From Squalus acanthias (taxonomy: Eukaryota), in NCBI GenBank assembly GCA_030390025.1, contig CM059432.1, positions 48,238,001 to 48,302,000 on the forward strand: DNA of 64,000 nucleotides, written 5' to 3'. The notes below the pieces were generated by a model. That model made no database searches and was not told where the DNA came from. It worked only from the letters and a program-made list of their open reading frames with translations. A program made the position numbers and the translations under genes. Shown piece after piece: positions 49,412 through 61,565 of the stretch. Each line of letters opens with the position of its first letter. The stretch's first letter is position 1.

Positions 49412-50340
49412 AGTTCAAAGATTGCTTTAAGTGGACTTGTACATAGAAATGTACAGTGGACAATGCCGGTGGGAGTAACCGAGAGTTTTAATGCTTTAAT
49501 CTCTCTTTCCGCCCACCCCCCTCCAAATGCCGAGTCAGTTTTCTTTGGTATAAAAATTAAATGGAATGAAGAATCCGGTCATCTACACCAGAGGCACTCA
49601 ATAGAATGCATTTACCTTCTACAAAAGACAAATTGGAGATCTTTCACGAGGGATGCCCACGGTCAAGTTTGGCCCAAGCAGATATTTAGGAAATTAAATA
49701 TAGAAAATTACAATTGAGAATTATTGCATGTTGCACATTTATTTTAATAGTGTTGGAGGAGATGGGACAAATGAATATTTTTACCATAAATTATGAAAAA
49801 CAAAACAATCCATTTACTTGTCTTTATTGTTGTGACTTCTGCAGTGGTGAGTCACCTTTGATGTATACGCAGCGATTCAATTGGTTTTTAGCACCTATTT
49901 TATATTCAGAAGACATTAGGTTGGATGTGGTTAGCTAGGTCCTTTAGTCTCTCCCAAACTTCCCTCGTGCTCAAATGATGGAAGTGAACAAAATGCAGTG
50001 AGACCATGTAGAAAAGTGAACAGCAAGGTTGATCAGCAGCTGAGATGCACTACTGGTGAAGCAACAGGAAATGGTAGTGAGTATTTTTCAGACTTCCTGA
50101 TTATGATGACTCAATAGAGGAATGTATGGCTGGAAATTTCCTCGAAGCTGCCACCTCTCCACCGCTGTAGTCTTGCTGGAAGTGCAGTGCAAATCCCATT
50201 TGCAGGGTGGAAGCAGTTCCAAGGAATGTTCTGTCTTCTAGATAGGCAGATCAGGAAGTAAGAAGAGAATTGTGGTTCCTTGTCACTTTTTGGTGCATTG
50301 GTACTGCTAGAATAATCAAACACTACTAAAGAACAAACAC

Positions 50341-50346
50341 TTTATT
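50341..50346 (-). terminator. Polyadenylation signal of the putative minus-strand gene
   Basis: AATAAA on minus strand ~130 nt past the stop at 50479, followed by GT-rich GTGTTTGTTCTTT. Confidence 0.4.
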
Positions 50347-50478
50347 TTGTAACTTCAGCATACAGCAACCACGTGTACAACAACCATAGTAGAACTGAAC
50401 TTTACACGTTATTATATGCAGTCTGCGCATGCTCATACATCCTTTTTTCACATGGTCCTCAAAACGACAGGGAACTGT

Positions 50479-50645
50479 TCATGACCGCAACGCAATCATC
50501 TCCCCTCGAGATCCTTCCTGACAACTCTCCTCTGGTCTTCCGTCGCAACTTTCCTTCGGCCCCTGTTCTTCCTCCTTCTCCGTCTGCAATGGTTTCCATT
50601 CGACTGAATTTCTTGCTTGATGGTCCTCTTGGCTTGGGTTCAATT
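50479..50645 (-). CDS. Putative terminal exon of an unrecognised small gene
   Basis: ttcag|(E)LNPSQEDHQARNSVEWKPLQTEKEEEQGPKESCDGRPEESCQEGSRGEMIALRS*; purine-rich, exon-like composition; phase matches the 55248 donor; weak polypyrimidine tract. Confidence 0.4.
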
Positions 50646-51493
50646 CTGAATTGTCATTATATGGAAGTAACTTCCACTAATGGGCTTGCCTTAAGTGTTT
50701 TCTAAGGGATACTGGGTACTGTTGCAGAGGTTACTGCTTAGCTCGTTGTGCTGTATTTTTAGTAGCTTTTATTATGTAACCTTAAAATGGGAGAAAAGCG
50801 AACGGTTACTTGAGCTCAATCACTACACCAGATGTTTACACAATTTGCTAGAACCAAATCTGTCCTCCATTTGTTAATGTTCCTCAGGAATTATTTTTCA
50901 GAAAGTACTGCTTACCTGATGCAGAATTTTGTTTAATCTGATGAGTATTGAGTCTGTTTCATGACTTCCCAAAGCACTAGGATCAGATTGTTTGCTTTCT
51001 TGATTGCCTTCAGGAATCCTGGGGCATTTTTCAAAGGTTTTCCTGCATCTGGAGTGGTGGGATTATAGTGCCATCATCCTGCGCGTCTTTTTAAAAAATA
51101 AGAGCACGATTTGTTTTTCAGTTTCATCACAGAATTTATAGGTGAAACAGCTGAATCATTGAAACCACTGCCTTTGGGTTGAGGGTAGGGTCCTGCTCCA
51201 AACAGCTCACTCACTTAGGAGTGGGTCAGCTTGGCTCAGTTTGGTCAACTTTGCATCTGAATTAATGTAGATTCATAAATTAATTGAATCACATGTAAAA
51301 ATATATGTTGGAATATTTTTTGAATATACAATTCATTAGTTAAATTGTCAATACTAATTTTCCCATTTCCACATTTTGATTTAGATATGCATAGTTAAAT
51401 AGGCTTAGCCCATGAGACAGCATGAGATTCCGTTATTGGTCCCTGTGGCTTGTATTCTTAATATGTTCAAGTTGAATTTTCTAAATTCACATT

Positions 51494-52312
51494 GGTCCAT
51501 AATTTGCTGTCAAAATAATGGTGAGACTAATGGGCACTCGCTGTTATTTATGCACAAATGCTACAGCAACTTCACATGAGGGCAGATGTACTGTCAAAAG
51601 CTTAAATCCAAAAGTGGCTGTCCGAGATACGATACTCCGCCCTTAGCTTTGCAAAAACGGCATCTCGCTGTCTGGATTGCCATTGAAATGCATTGAACGA
51701 TGTGAAGTTGCTGTACCTGCGCAGTAGATACGAACTAAATTCGCCACAAAGTTAGATCTGGTCTGAAGTGACACAAGGAGCCCGTATTGTAGCCATTTAA
51801 GGTCCGCGTGTAATTAATTAAGCCTGGATTAGCTGTCGGAGATTCTTTTTAACTGTGCTAAATGTTAGTTACTGCCAATTAACCTATTTGGCACTATTAC
51901 AAGTGTGGCGTCTCATTCTTTCAGGTTCTAATTGTTGGCTATACAGTATAATATTAAATAAAAACTTTTAACTTTTTTTTTTTTTTCCTTTTCTGTCTCT
52001 TTCTCTCAATCCAATCTTTCTTTCCCTCTTTATTTCTCTCTCTACCTGATTTGGCATTGAATTCACCCACTCTAATTTACACTTCCTTCTCAGTCTTTGC
52101 ACTGTTAATTTCACAGTTCCTCAATCTGATTGATTTAAGGTGATACACAGTTGCTTACCCTGTTCACTCAGGTCCCAGATGCCCAGTTTCCTGCGTTGCC
52201 ACGTTATCGACTCGCACTTTCTGCGCAAAATGTTGTCGAGATTAAACGAGCAAGGACAAGTCTAACTAATGGCAGATGGTGTTCATTACCCTGCTACAGT
52301 AAATTATGGGTC
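51494..52312. mobile_element. Harbinger-type MITE
   Basis: Imperfect TIRs GGTCCATAATTT / AAATTATGGGTC, 3-bp TSD ATT. Confidence 0.65.
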
Positions 52313-53018
52313 ATTAGTTCAAATGTCGAATCTAGCTTTGCACTCAATCCCCCTATTGATGATAGTAAACCTGTACATTCTATAGTCTAATCTTGCATCA
52401 AGGACTTACACCATATGTATATTTTGGCAGAAAACACTGAGAAATTAAGTTAGTTTAAGATGGTTAACAAAATGGATGCATTATACCCTGAAGACAGTTT
52501 GGGGAAACCCTGCCATTTAACTTGGACACACTAATAGTGTATAAGTAAATGAGACTGTCATGTTAAGAGATCAAGTTAAATGACTGTACTCTGCTTTTCC
52601 AAATTGTGGAAGAGCCTACTATCATCATACTCCTGCACTCTGGAATTCTCTTCCTATACCTCTCTTCCTCTTTATATCTCCACACCTTTAAAAGCTTCTT
52701 CAAAACCAAATTCTTGGGCAATGCCTTTGGTCACCGTCTGTAACTGTTTTCCTAGCACTAGGACATTTTGCAAGGTTGAAGGTAACGCATAAGTGTAAAT
52801 TGTTGAAAGGTCACCAATGCATGAGCAGACTGGCTGATTTCACCCTGCAAAAGATGTCCTACGACTGATCTAGTTGCTTCAATGACTGACTTTTAATATC
52901 CTGCGTCTTGAATTGCTGAAGAGAAAGCCTTTGTAGCCACCTTCAGGCAATCGGGGGCTACTGCCAGAATGGACAGTAGTCCCTGGAGACACAGGAAAAC
53001 AGGTTATATAAAAATAAA

Positions 53019-53746
53019 GAGGAGAAATTCATTATAGCCCCGTTTGGTGTGCTAAAACTTCAAAAGCTGAAAAATTAGCACCAGGTGCTAATAAGCTCCT
53101 GCAAAATTCAGTTGTAGCGCTCTAAGAGGGAAGTGGAGCACTTAAGCAAGTGCTACCACTTTGCTTGGAGCGATAAAGCCTGCAAGAGTGGCAGTAGCGG
53201 TGCAGCACTGCCCAATGTTGAGGGCAGCACTGCTGGGAACGGAGGCTCCTTCCCTCCCTTAAATGGAAGGGCCATCGCTGCAGGCTCTGCATTGAAACGA
53301 GGTCCCTTGTCACCGACAGCAGCCACAATCGAGCACAATCAGCCCCAAGCACTTTAGCAAAGTGCAGGGCTGATTGATCGTGGCCGAAGTAAATGCTGAA
53401 TAATGGACGTAAGGCATTAAGAGGATTTTTTTTTTCACGGAATCATCAGCTTTAAATACCGTTCCCCCAGCGGCTGGCCTTCCTGACGAAGCCTCCTGCA
53501 GCTGTCGGTGCTGTCGCCTGGCAATGCTGCAGGGGGCGGAACCGAGTTTCAGGTTCCAGGGCGATGCGCAGCACGATGACGTCACGATATCCGGGCACAG
53601 GAGATCGTGGCGCTAGGGGTTACCACCACCGCAAACCTCGACGGGAATTTTGCGGGCGTAGGTACTCTCGCTGTGCCCAGTCGCAAAGCCGGTAGCACCA
53701 CGTTATCGCTTAACGGGAGGCACAAAGGAGGCGAATTTCTAGCCCC
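53019..53746. mobile_element. Harbinger-type MITE
   Basis: Right end GAATTTCTAGCCCC resembles the TIR of 18543-19435; left end degenerate; CpG-rich interior. Confidence 0.6.
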
Positions 53747-54169
53747 CTAGTGTTTAGAAATAAAACAAAAGTACAGTTAAAATAATCAAGCAATAAAAGG
53801 AAGATTGAGAGCAGTAGAAAAGTGTTTATAGCTGTTTTAATTTAAATTGTTTCGTGTTTATTTGCGGAACACTAAGATTATTACGTTAATAATAAAGTGA
53901 CTGCTATAAGGTAGCTCTAGGGCTTATTTTAGTGTCATGGTGTATGAGTTGAAATCTCAAGAAACTGGCTGACGCAGAGCCTTGGAAGCTAGCCAGCAGT
54001 CTGAAGATTAAGCTGCACCCTTTTCTGTCTTGGAGCTATTTTAAACATGCCATATTTAATGTTTTAAGTATGGCACTTCAACAAACCCATTTTCGATTTA
54101 GTTTAACTTTCATAATGTAGTGGTAAGTTAAACAAACAGATTGATGCCTCCCTTATGTACACTCCTTTA

Positions 54170-54403
54170 ATAATGAAAATAAACTGGTTAAGATTTGGGC
54201 ATGTTTCAAGAATGGAAACGGCTTTCATGGCTCTGCATACAGAGGTACCTGGAACGAGAAGCCGAGGAAGACTAAGGAATTACTGGATAGACAATGTAGA
54301 GAGTGACTTGTCACAGAAAGCGATACAGATGACTGAAGCGGCCAGGCTAGGTCAGAGCCAACAACAACGGAGTGGATTCTTTCGGTCCAATCGTCGCTGC
54401 TGA
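54170..54403 (+). mobile_element. RTE-like LINE 3' fragment
   Basis: LRFGHVSRM...GTRSRGR.R..W.D.V..DL resembles the C-terminal signature of RTE-clade ORFs. Confidence 0.6.
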
Positions 54404-55099
54404 GCTGACAAAAAGGAATTTAGCAGTAGCAAGGAAGGATATTAACAGCTTCAAAAAGGAAAAAACAAACCCTTGTGTAAAAGGGAGTATTTGCATCTGT
54501 TCAAAGCATATATGATGACCAATGCAATTAAAAGTTCAAATAAGATAATGCTATCACTACTTTACACAATTTGTTATGCGTAACATTTAAAACCACACCC
54601 TTGAAATGCAAAGCCAACTATTTTACTCATTTATATGGCACATTTGTATTGGTATTTTTTTTAACAATTTAGAGAAATTAGAACTTGACTTGTGAACCAA
54701 TCTGTTTTAGATTTACACTTGCTTTTGAAGATGTATTGATTAAATAATATTTTGTGTCACAGCAGAACCAGGTTTTTTTATGTTGTAATGTAATTTTGTA
54801 CATTGATAATTTGCTGATTAGTTCCCAAACCATTTAAAATAGTTTCACCCCAAACATTTCATGATCTTGTTCATTTATTAATGAATTGGATCTTCCCTAT
54901 TCAGGTTAGATTTCTAAACTTAATAAATGATAACAGGTACAAGTTTCTTTTAGATGGTTGCAACATCACATTTTTAATAAGTATATGTACAGAAATATTC
55001 TTAAAGGGGATTTCCTCATTTTTCTAAAGAAATCTAATTGGTTACATTTACAATATTGACTTAAGATCTTCATATATCAGGTTTAACTTTTAAGTTCTG

Positions 55100-55118
55100 T
55101 AGTGCCACCTGGTGGCTA
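55100..55118 (-). promoter_or_regulatory. CTCF consensus site
   Basis: Minus strand GCCACCAGGTGGCACTA matches the CTCF core CCASYAGRKGGCRS within AT-rich unique DNA. Confidence 0.55.
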
Positions 55119-55247
55119 GGCTCAAAACACAATTCATAACATTCCATGTAGTTTTTGAAGTCATAATTAAAATGCCCAAAAATAACCCCAGTGTCATGTA
55201 ACATCAATATAAATTTCAGTGGCAATTGATGCACATTTAAAACTCAC

Positions 55248-55341
55248 CATTATATTGCATGAATTCAACATAATCAGCTGGTGTGAAAACACTTTCATCA
55301 TCCTTTGCATGTACAAGTCTCTTTCCATGGAATCTTTCCAT
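55248..55341 (-). CDS. Putative first coding exon of the unrecognised small gene
   Basis: AGT-ATG-G Kozak context with in-frame stops upstream; MERFHGKRLVHAKDDESVFTPADYVEFMQYN; consensus donor G|GTGAGT, phase 1. Confidence 0.4.
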
Positions 55342-55803
55342 ACTGTTTTACCACTATGATCTAAGCAATGACTGATCCATCTGCTGATGGGGTATCCTCA
55401 ATTTATCTATTATATATCTGCAATCTTGTTTTGTCTTGCAATAATGGTTACTAATCACTGATTATGATTTATCTCTATCGCTCCTCTCGCTGTGCTCCAT
55501 TTGAACAAATGTACAACTGTTTGGATTTGGTTTTTTCCTGTTGATTTCCAACCTGTACTGTATAAATACTGTATGAATTTTCCTGTCCTAGAGCATAGGT
55601 CTCCAGACAGGAGTTTTAAGAGACATTACTAGCACCTTACCAAGATAGAACATAAAGTCTGGTCCAAGGAAAGGCCATTTAGCCCATGGAGACCATTCTC
55701 TCCAGTGTGCCATATACAGTGGCCTCTTATTTAAATTTCCTGAGGGAGATGTTTAAACACAAGTAAAATTTCCAAGGGGCCAAAACAACATTCTGCAGAT
55801 AAT

Positions 55804-56560
55804 GGCCCAGAAATTGGAGTTCGATGGTTGCCGCGGGGGTAAGTATCCCCCGCGATATCGCACTCCGCGCCTACCTTTATGGTTTTGGCCCACACGCACT
55901 TCAGTTCCTGGGCCTCTCCCTGGTGCCGGCGCGCAGTGTGTGCGTGTCCCAGAGGCGCAGTTCGATGCTACCTCTGGGATCACGTGGGCCAGTTAGAGCC
56001 AATGGCAGCACACCATCTTTCATTCATAGTTTTGACAGCAAGAGCTGTCAAAACTATGAATACAACAAGCCCCCAAAAGAACAGCTAAACCTCAATTAAA
56101 TTTAAAAAAAGCCATCACATTAATAAAATAACTATAGTTAAATAAATTAACCACTTTAAACAAAAATTTAAATTTTTGAAAAAATTTAAATTCTTTTTAA
56201 AAGTTATAAAAATAAACTTACCTTTCTTTAAAGTCTCTAAAAAAGATAAACCTGTTGAAAAATTTTTAAAATACTTAATTAACTACTTACCTTGTTAAAA
56301 GGGGGTCTTACGCCTGCTTTCTTTATGTGTAAAATCTTCAACACTTACCTGCGCGTTCAAACCTGAAAAAAAAACTAAGTGTGCTGCGTGTGCGCAACCT
56401 GTAGCGCGCACGCGGTTCACTTAGGAACCGCCCCCTTTGCCATACACGAAGTGCCGGTTTCCCGCGCATGCGCAGTGCATGCAGGAAACCGGCACTTCGG
56501 GACCTAATACGCGAGAGTACACAGTGCGTACTCTCCCGCATTAGGTCTAATTTTCGGGCC
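55804..56560. mobile_element. Harbinger-type MITE with AT-rich core and internal hairpins
   Basis: TIRs GGCCCAGAAATT / AATTTTCGGGCC; flanks AAT/ATT; palindrome GAAGTGCCGGTTTCC...GGAAACCGGCACTTC at 56448-56498. Confidence 0.7.
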
Positions 56561-58080
56561 ATTGTCACTATATTGCAAATCACCTCCCTCATGATGCCCT
56601 CAAAGTTATTTAATCATGTCTGGCTAAATTTATCATTAGAACTGAGGGTCCGTTCCTAGCCACATAATCGTCCAACTCCTCTTTAAAGGAGTTCATTGAT
56701 TTAGCATTAACTTTGATGGAAATCTATTCCATGCATCAATCAATCTGTAAGAAAAAAAGCTGTAGCACAATTTAATGCACTTGTGTTAACATGATGTGTA
56801 AGATTTCAATGTTTCATTGATTTTAAATCCACAACATCCATCTTTTAAGGATGCACATCAGGAGGTGGCACATTAGGAATTAGACGCAGTTGAAGTGTCT
56901 ATTCAAGAGAGTATTTCTCAGCTACCACAACAGTTTGAGACAAGGAGATTCATTAAACACCTGAGAGGAAATTGAGTGATATGCTGGGCTTCATTCATGT
57001 GAGTTCAACAGAGGATGCTTCCAGGGAACCTTACACCTTGGAGGGCAGTTTGATTGGGAGTTCAACTGGCCAATCCTTGGACACAGAGCTGAGAGAACTT
57101 CAGAGGTCAAGACTTTGCCTTCCTGATCAACTAAAAGAAACATGGTCTGCGATCCTTGGTAAAGAAGTCACGCCAAGAGAGAGAAAGCTCGCTTCTTAAA
57201 CTTAGTACTGACCAGTTTCAGAGAGATTACTAGTCAGAAAAGTTTTCTTTTATTCATTTCTGGGCTGTGGGTGTCGCTGGCAAGGCCAACATTTATTGCC
57301 CATCCCTAATTGCACTTGAGAAGGTGGTGGTGAGCCGCCTTCTTGAACTGCTGCAGTTCACGTGGTGAAGGTACTCCCACAGTGCTGTTAGGTCAGGAGT
57401 TCCAGGATTTTGACTCAGCGATGATGAAGGAACAGCGATATATTTCCAAGTCAGGATGGTGTGGAACTTGGAGAGGAACTTGGAGGTGGTGGTGTTCCCA
57501 TGCGCCTGCTGCCCTTGTCCTTCTAGGTGGTAGAGGTCGCAGGTTTGGGAGGTGCTGCCGAAGAAGCCTTGGCAAGTTGCTGCAGTGCATCTTGTAGATG
57601 GTACACACTGCTGCCACGGTGTGCCGGTGGTGGAGGGAGTGAATGTTTAAGGTGGTGGATGGGGTGCCAGTCAAACGGGTTTCTTTGTCCTGGATGGTGC
57701 GAAGCTTCTTAAGTGTTGTTGGAGCTGCACTCATCAGGCAAGTGGAGAGTATTCCATCACATTCCTGACTGGTGCCTTGGAGATGGTGGAAATACTTTGG
57801 GGAAGTCAGGAAGTGAAACACTCGCCGCAGAATACCCAGCCTCTGGCCTGCTCTTGTAGCCACAGTATTTATGTGGCTGGTCCAGTTAAGTTTCTTGTCA
57901 ATGGTGACCCCCAGGATGTTGATGGTGGGGGATTTGGCGATAGTAATGCTGCTGAATGTCATGGGGCGGGGGTTAGACTCTCGCTTGTTGGAGATGGTCA
58001 TTGCCTGGCATTTCTGTGGCGCAAATGTTACTTGCCACTTATCAGCCCAAGCCTGAATGTCGTCCAGGACTTGCTGCATT

Positions 58081-58547
58081 TGTCAGCCAGTGACTCAGTG
58101 GGTAGCACCCTCGCCTCTGAGTCAGAAGGTTGCGGGTTCAAGTCCCACTCCAGAGACTTGAGCACAAAAATTCTAGGCTGACACTCCAGTGCAGTACTGA
58201 GGGAATGCTGCACTGTCGGAGGTGCTCTCTTTTGGATGAGGCGTTAAACCAAGGCCCCGTCTGCACTCTCAGGTGGACGTAAAAGATCCCATGAGACTAT
58301 TTTGAAGAATAGCAGGGGAGTTATCCCCGGTGTCCTGGCCAATATTTATCCCTCAATCCAAATAACAAAAACAGATTATCTGGTCATTATCACATTGCTG
58401 CTTGTGGGAGCTTGCGGAGTGCAAATTGGCTGCTGCGTTTCATACATTACAACAGTGACTACACTTCAAAAAGTACTTCATTGGCTGTAAAGTGCGTTGG
58501 GACTTCCGGTGGTCATGAAAGGTGCTATATAAATGCAAGTATTTCTT
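58081..58547 (+). mobile_element. Full-length DeuSINE-like (SacSINE1-like) SINE
   Basis: A box TGACTCAGTGG, B box GGTTCAAGTCC, conserved central core, tail ATGCAAGTATTTCTTT. Confidence 0.8.
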
Positions 58548-58808
58548 TCATGTGGGCATGGACTGCTTCATTATCTGAGGAGTTGCGAATGGAACTGAAC
58601 ACTGTTCAATCATCAGCGAATGTCCCCACTTCCGACCTGATGATGGAGGGACGGCCATTGATGAAGCAGCTGAAGATGTTTGGGCCTAGGACACTGCCCT
58701 GAGGAACTCCTGCAGCGATGTCTTGGGGCTGAGATGATTGACCTCCAACAACCACATCCATCTGCCTTTGTGCTAAGTATGACTCCAGCCAGTGGAGAGT
58801 TTTCCCCT

Positions 58809-61565
58809 TACATAAGAACATAAGAAATAGGAGCAGGAATAGGCCACTTGGCCCCTTGAGCCTGCTCCGCCATTCAATAAGATCATGGCTGATCTTGGGC
58901 TCAAAGCCACTTCCCTGCCTGCTCCCCATACCCTTCACTCCCTTATCTTGCAAAAATCTGTCTATCTCCACCTTAAATGTATTTAATGACCCAGCCTCCA
59001 CGGCTCTCTGGGGCAGAGAATTCCACAGATTTACGACCCTCTGAGAGAAGACATTCCTCCTCAGCTCAGTTCTAAAAGGGTGACCCTTTATTCTGAAACT
59101 ATGCCCCCGAGTTCTAGATTTCCCCATGAGGGGAAACATCCTCTCTGCATCTACCTTGTCGAGCCCCCTCAGTATCTTATATGTTTCAATAATATCACCT
59201 CTCATTCTTCTAAATTCCAATGAGTATAGGCCCAACCTGCTCAACCTTTCTTCATAAGTCAACCCCCTCATCTCAGGAATCAACTGAGTGAATCATCTCT
59301 GAACTGCCTCCAATGCAAGTATATCCTTCCTTAAATGAGGAGACCAAAACTGTACACAGTACTCAAGGTGTGGTCTCACCAATACCTTGTACAGTTGTAG
59401 CAGGACTTCTCTACTTTTATACTCCAACCCCCTTGTAATAAAGGCCAACATTCCATTTGCCTTTTAATTACTTGCTGTACCTGCATGCTAACTTTTTGTG
59501 TTTCATGCACAAGGACCCCCAGGTCCCTCTGAACTGTAGCATTTTGTAATCTCTCTCCATTTAAATAATAGTTTGCTTTTTTATTTTTCCTGCCAAAGTG
59601 GATAACCTCGCACTTTCCCACATTATACTCCATCTGCCAAATGTTTGCCCACTCACTTAGCCTGTCTATATCCCTTTGCAGATTCTTTGAGTCCTCTGCA
59701 CAACTTGCTTTCCCACCCATCTTTGTATCATCCGCAAACTTGGATACATTACACTTGATCCCTTCATCCAAGTCATTAATGTAGATTGTAAATAGTTGAG
59801 GCCCCAGCACCGATCCCTGTGGCACCCCACTAGTTACCGTTTGTCAACTGGAAAATGACCCATTTATCCCGACTCTCTGCTTTCTGTTAGTTAGCCAATT
59901 CTCTATCCATGCTAATATATTACCCTCAACTCCGTGAGCTCTTATCTTATGCAGTAACCTTTTATGTGACACCTTATCGAATGCCTTCTGGAAATCCAAA
60001 TACACCACATCCATTGGCTCACCCTTATCCACCCTGCTCATTACAACCTCAAAGAACTCCAGCACATTTGTTAAACATGATTTCCCTTTCATAAAACCAT
60101 GCTGACTCTGCTTGACTGCATTATGATTTTCCAAATGCCCTGCTACTACTTCCTTAATGAAGGACTCCAGCATTTTCCCAATGACAGTGGGCAACACGGT
60201 GGCATAGTGGTTAGCACTGTTGCCTCACAGCGCCAGGGACCCGGGTTCAAATCCAGCCTCAGGTGACTGTCTGTGTGGAGTTTGCACATTCTCCCCGTGT
60301 CTGCGTGGGTTTCCTCCAGGTGCTCCAGTTTCCTCCCACAGTCCAAAGATGTGCGGGTTAGGTTGAGTTGGCTATGATAAATTGACCCTTAGTGTTAGGG
60401 GGATTAAATACGTGGGGTTACGGGGATAGGGTGGGATATGTGTCGGTGCAGGCTTGATGGGCCGAAATGGCCTCTATCTGCACTGTGGGGATTCTGTGAC
60501 AGATGTTAGGCTAACTGGTCTATAGTTTCCTGCTTTCTGTCTCCCTCCTTTCTTAAATAGGGGTGTTACATTTGCGGTTTTACAATCCGCTGGGACCTCT
60601 CCAGAGTCCAGGGAATTTTGGTATATTGCAACCAATGCTTCCACTATCTTTGCAGCCACTTCTTTTAAGACCCTGGGATGCAGGCTATCTGGTCCAGGGG
60701 ACTTGTCATCTTTTAGTCCCATTATTTTACTGTTTCCTTAGTGATAGTGATTGTCTTTAGTTCCCCCCTCCCTGTGGGCCCTTGATTATCCATTATTGGG
60801 ATGTTGTTAGTGTCTTCTATTGTGAAGACAGATACAAAATATTTGTTCAGAGTCTCTGCCATTTCCCCATTCCCTATTATTAATTCCCCATTCTCATCCT
60901 CTAAGGGACCAACATTTACTTTAGCTACTCTCTTCCTTTTTATATACCTGTTGACGCTCTTACTTTCTGTTTTAATATTTCTTGCCAGTTTATTCTCATA
61001 ATTCATCTTCTCTCTGTATTTTTTTTTAGTCATCCTTTGCTGGTTTTTAAAAATTTCCCAATCCTCTGGCCTCCCACCAATCTTGGCAACATTGTATGCC
61101 TTTGTTTTCAATTTGATACCATCCTTTACTTCCTTAGTTAGCCACGGATAGTGCTCCCTTCTCTTAAAATCTTTCTTTCTCACTGGAATATATTTTTGTT
61201 GAGAGTTATGAAATATCTCCTTAAATGTCCGCCACTGCATTTCAACTGTCTTACCTTTTAATTTCTTTTTCCAGTCCACTTTAGCCAGTTCTGCCCTCAT
61301 GCCATTGTAATTGCCTTTAAGATCAGGACACTGGTTTGAGATACAGCTTTCTCACCCTCCAACTGAATTTGAACTTCAACCATGTTATGATCACTCTTTC
61401 CTAGAGGATCCTTTACTATGAGATCATTTATTAATTCTGTCTCATTACACAGTACCAGATCCAAAATAGCCTGCTCCCTGGTTGGTTCCATTACATACTG
61501 TTCTAGGAAACCATCCCGGATACACTCTATGAACTCCTCCTCAAGGCTACCATGGCCAATTTGAT
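58809..61565 (-). mobile_element. CR1 LINE (5'-truncated ORF2) nested in the preceding LINE
   Basis: ORFs 58606-61605 give APE C-terminus and RT motifs; tail (ACATAAGA)n at 58810-58825. Confidence 0.9.
60188..60496 (+). mobile_element. V-SINE (HE1-like) inserted in CR1
   Basis: A box TGGCATAGTGG, B box GGTTCAAATCC, V-domain TGTGGAGTTTGCACATTCTCCCCGTGTCTGCGTGGGTTTCCTCC, CR1-like tail; TSD TGACAG. Confidence 0.85.

Noticed and set aside
50111..50323. 70-aa minus-strand ORF as a further exon
   Set aside because: Lies beyond the putative polyA signal, has a non-ATG start, and shows no recognisable motif or clear splice context.
58081..58155. tRNA genes (also 60188-60260)
   Set aside because: A/B boxes are SINE heads continuing into SINE bodies.
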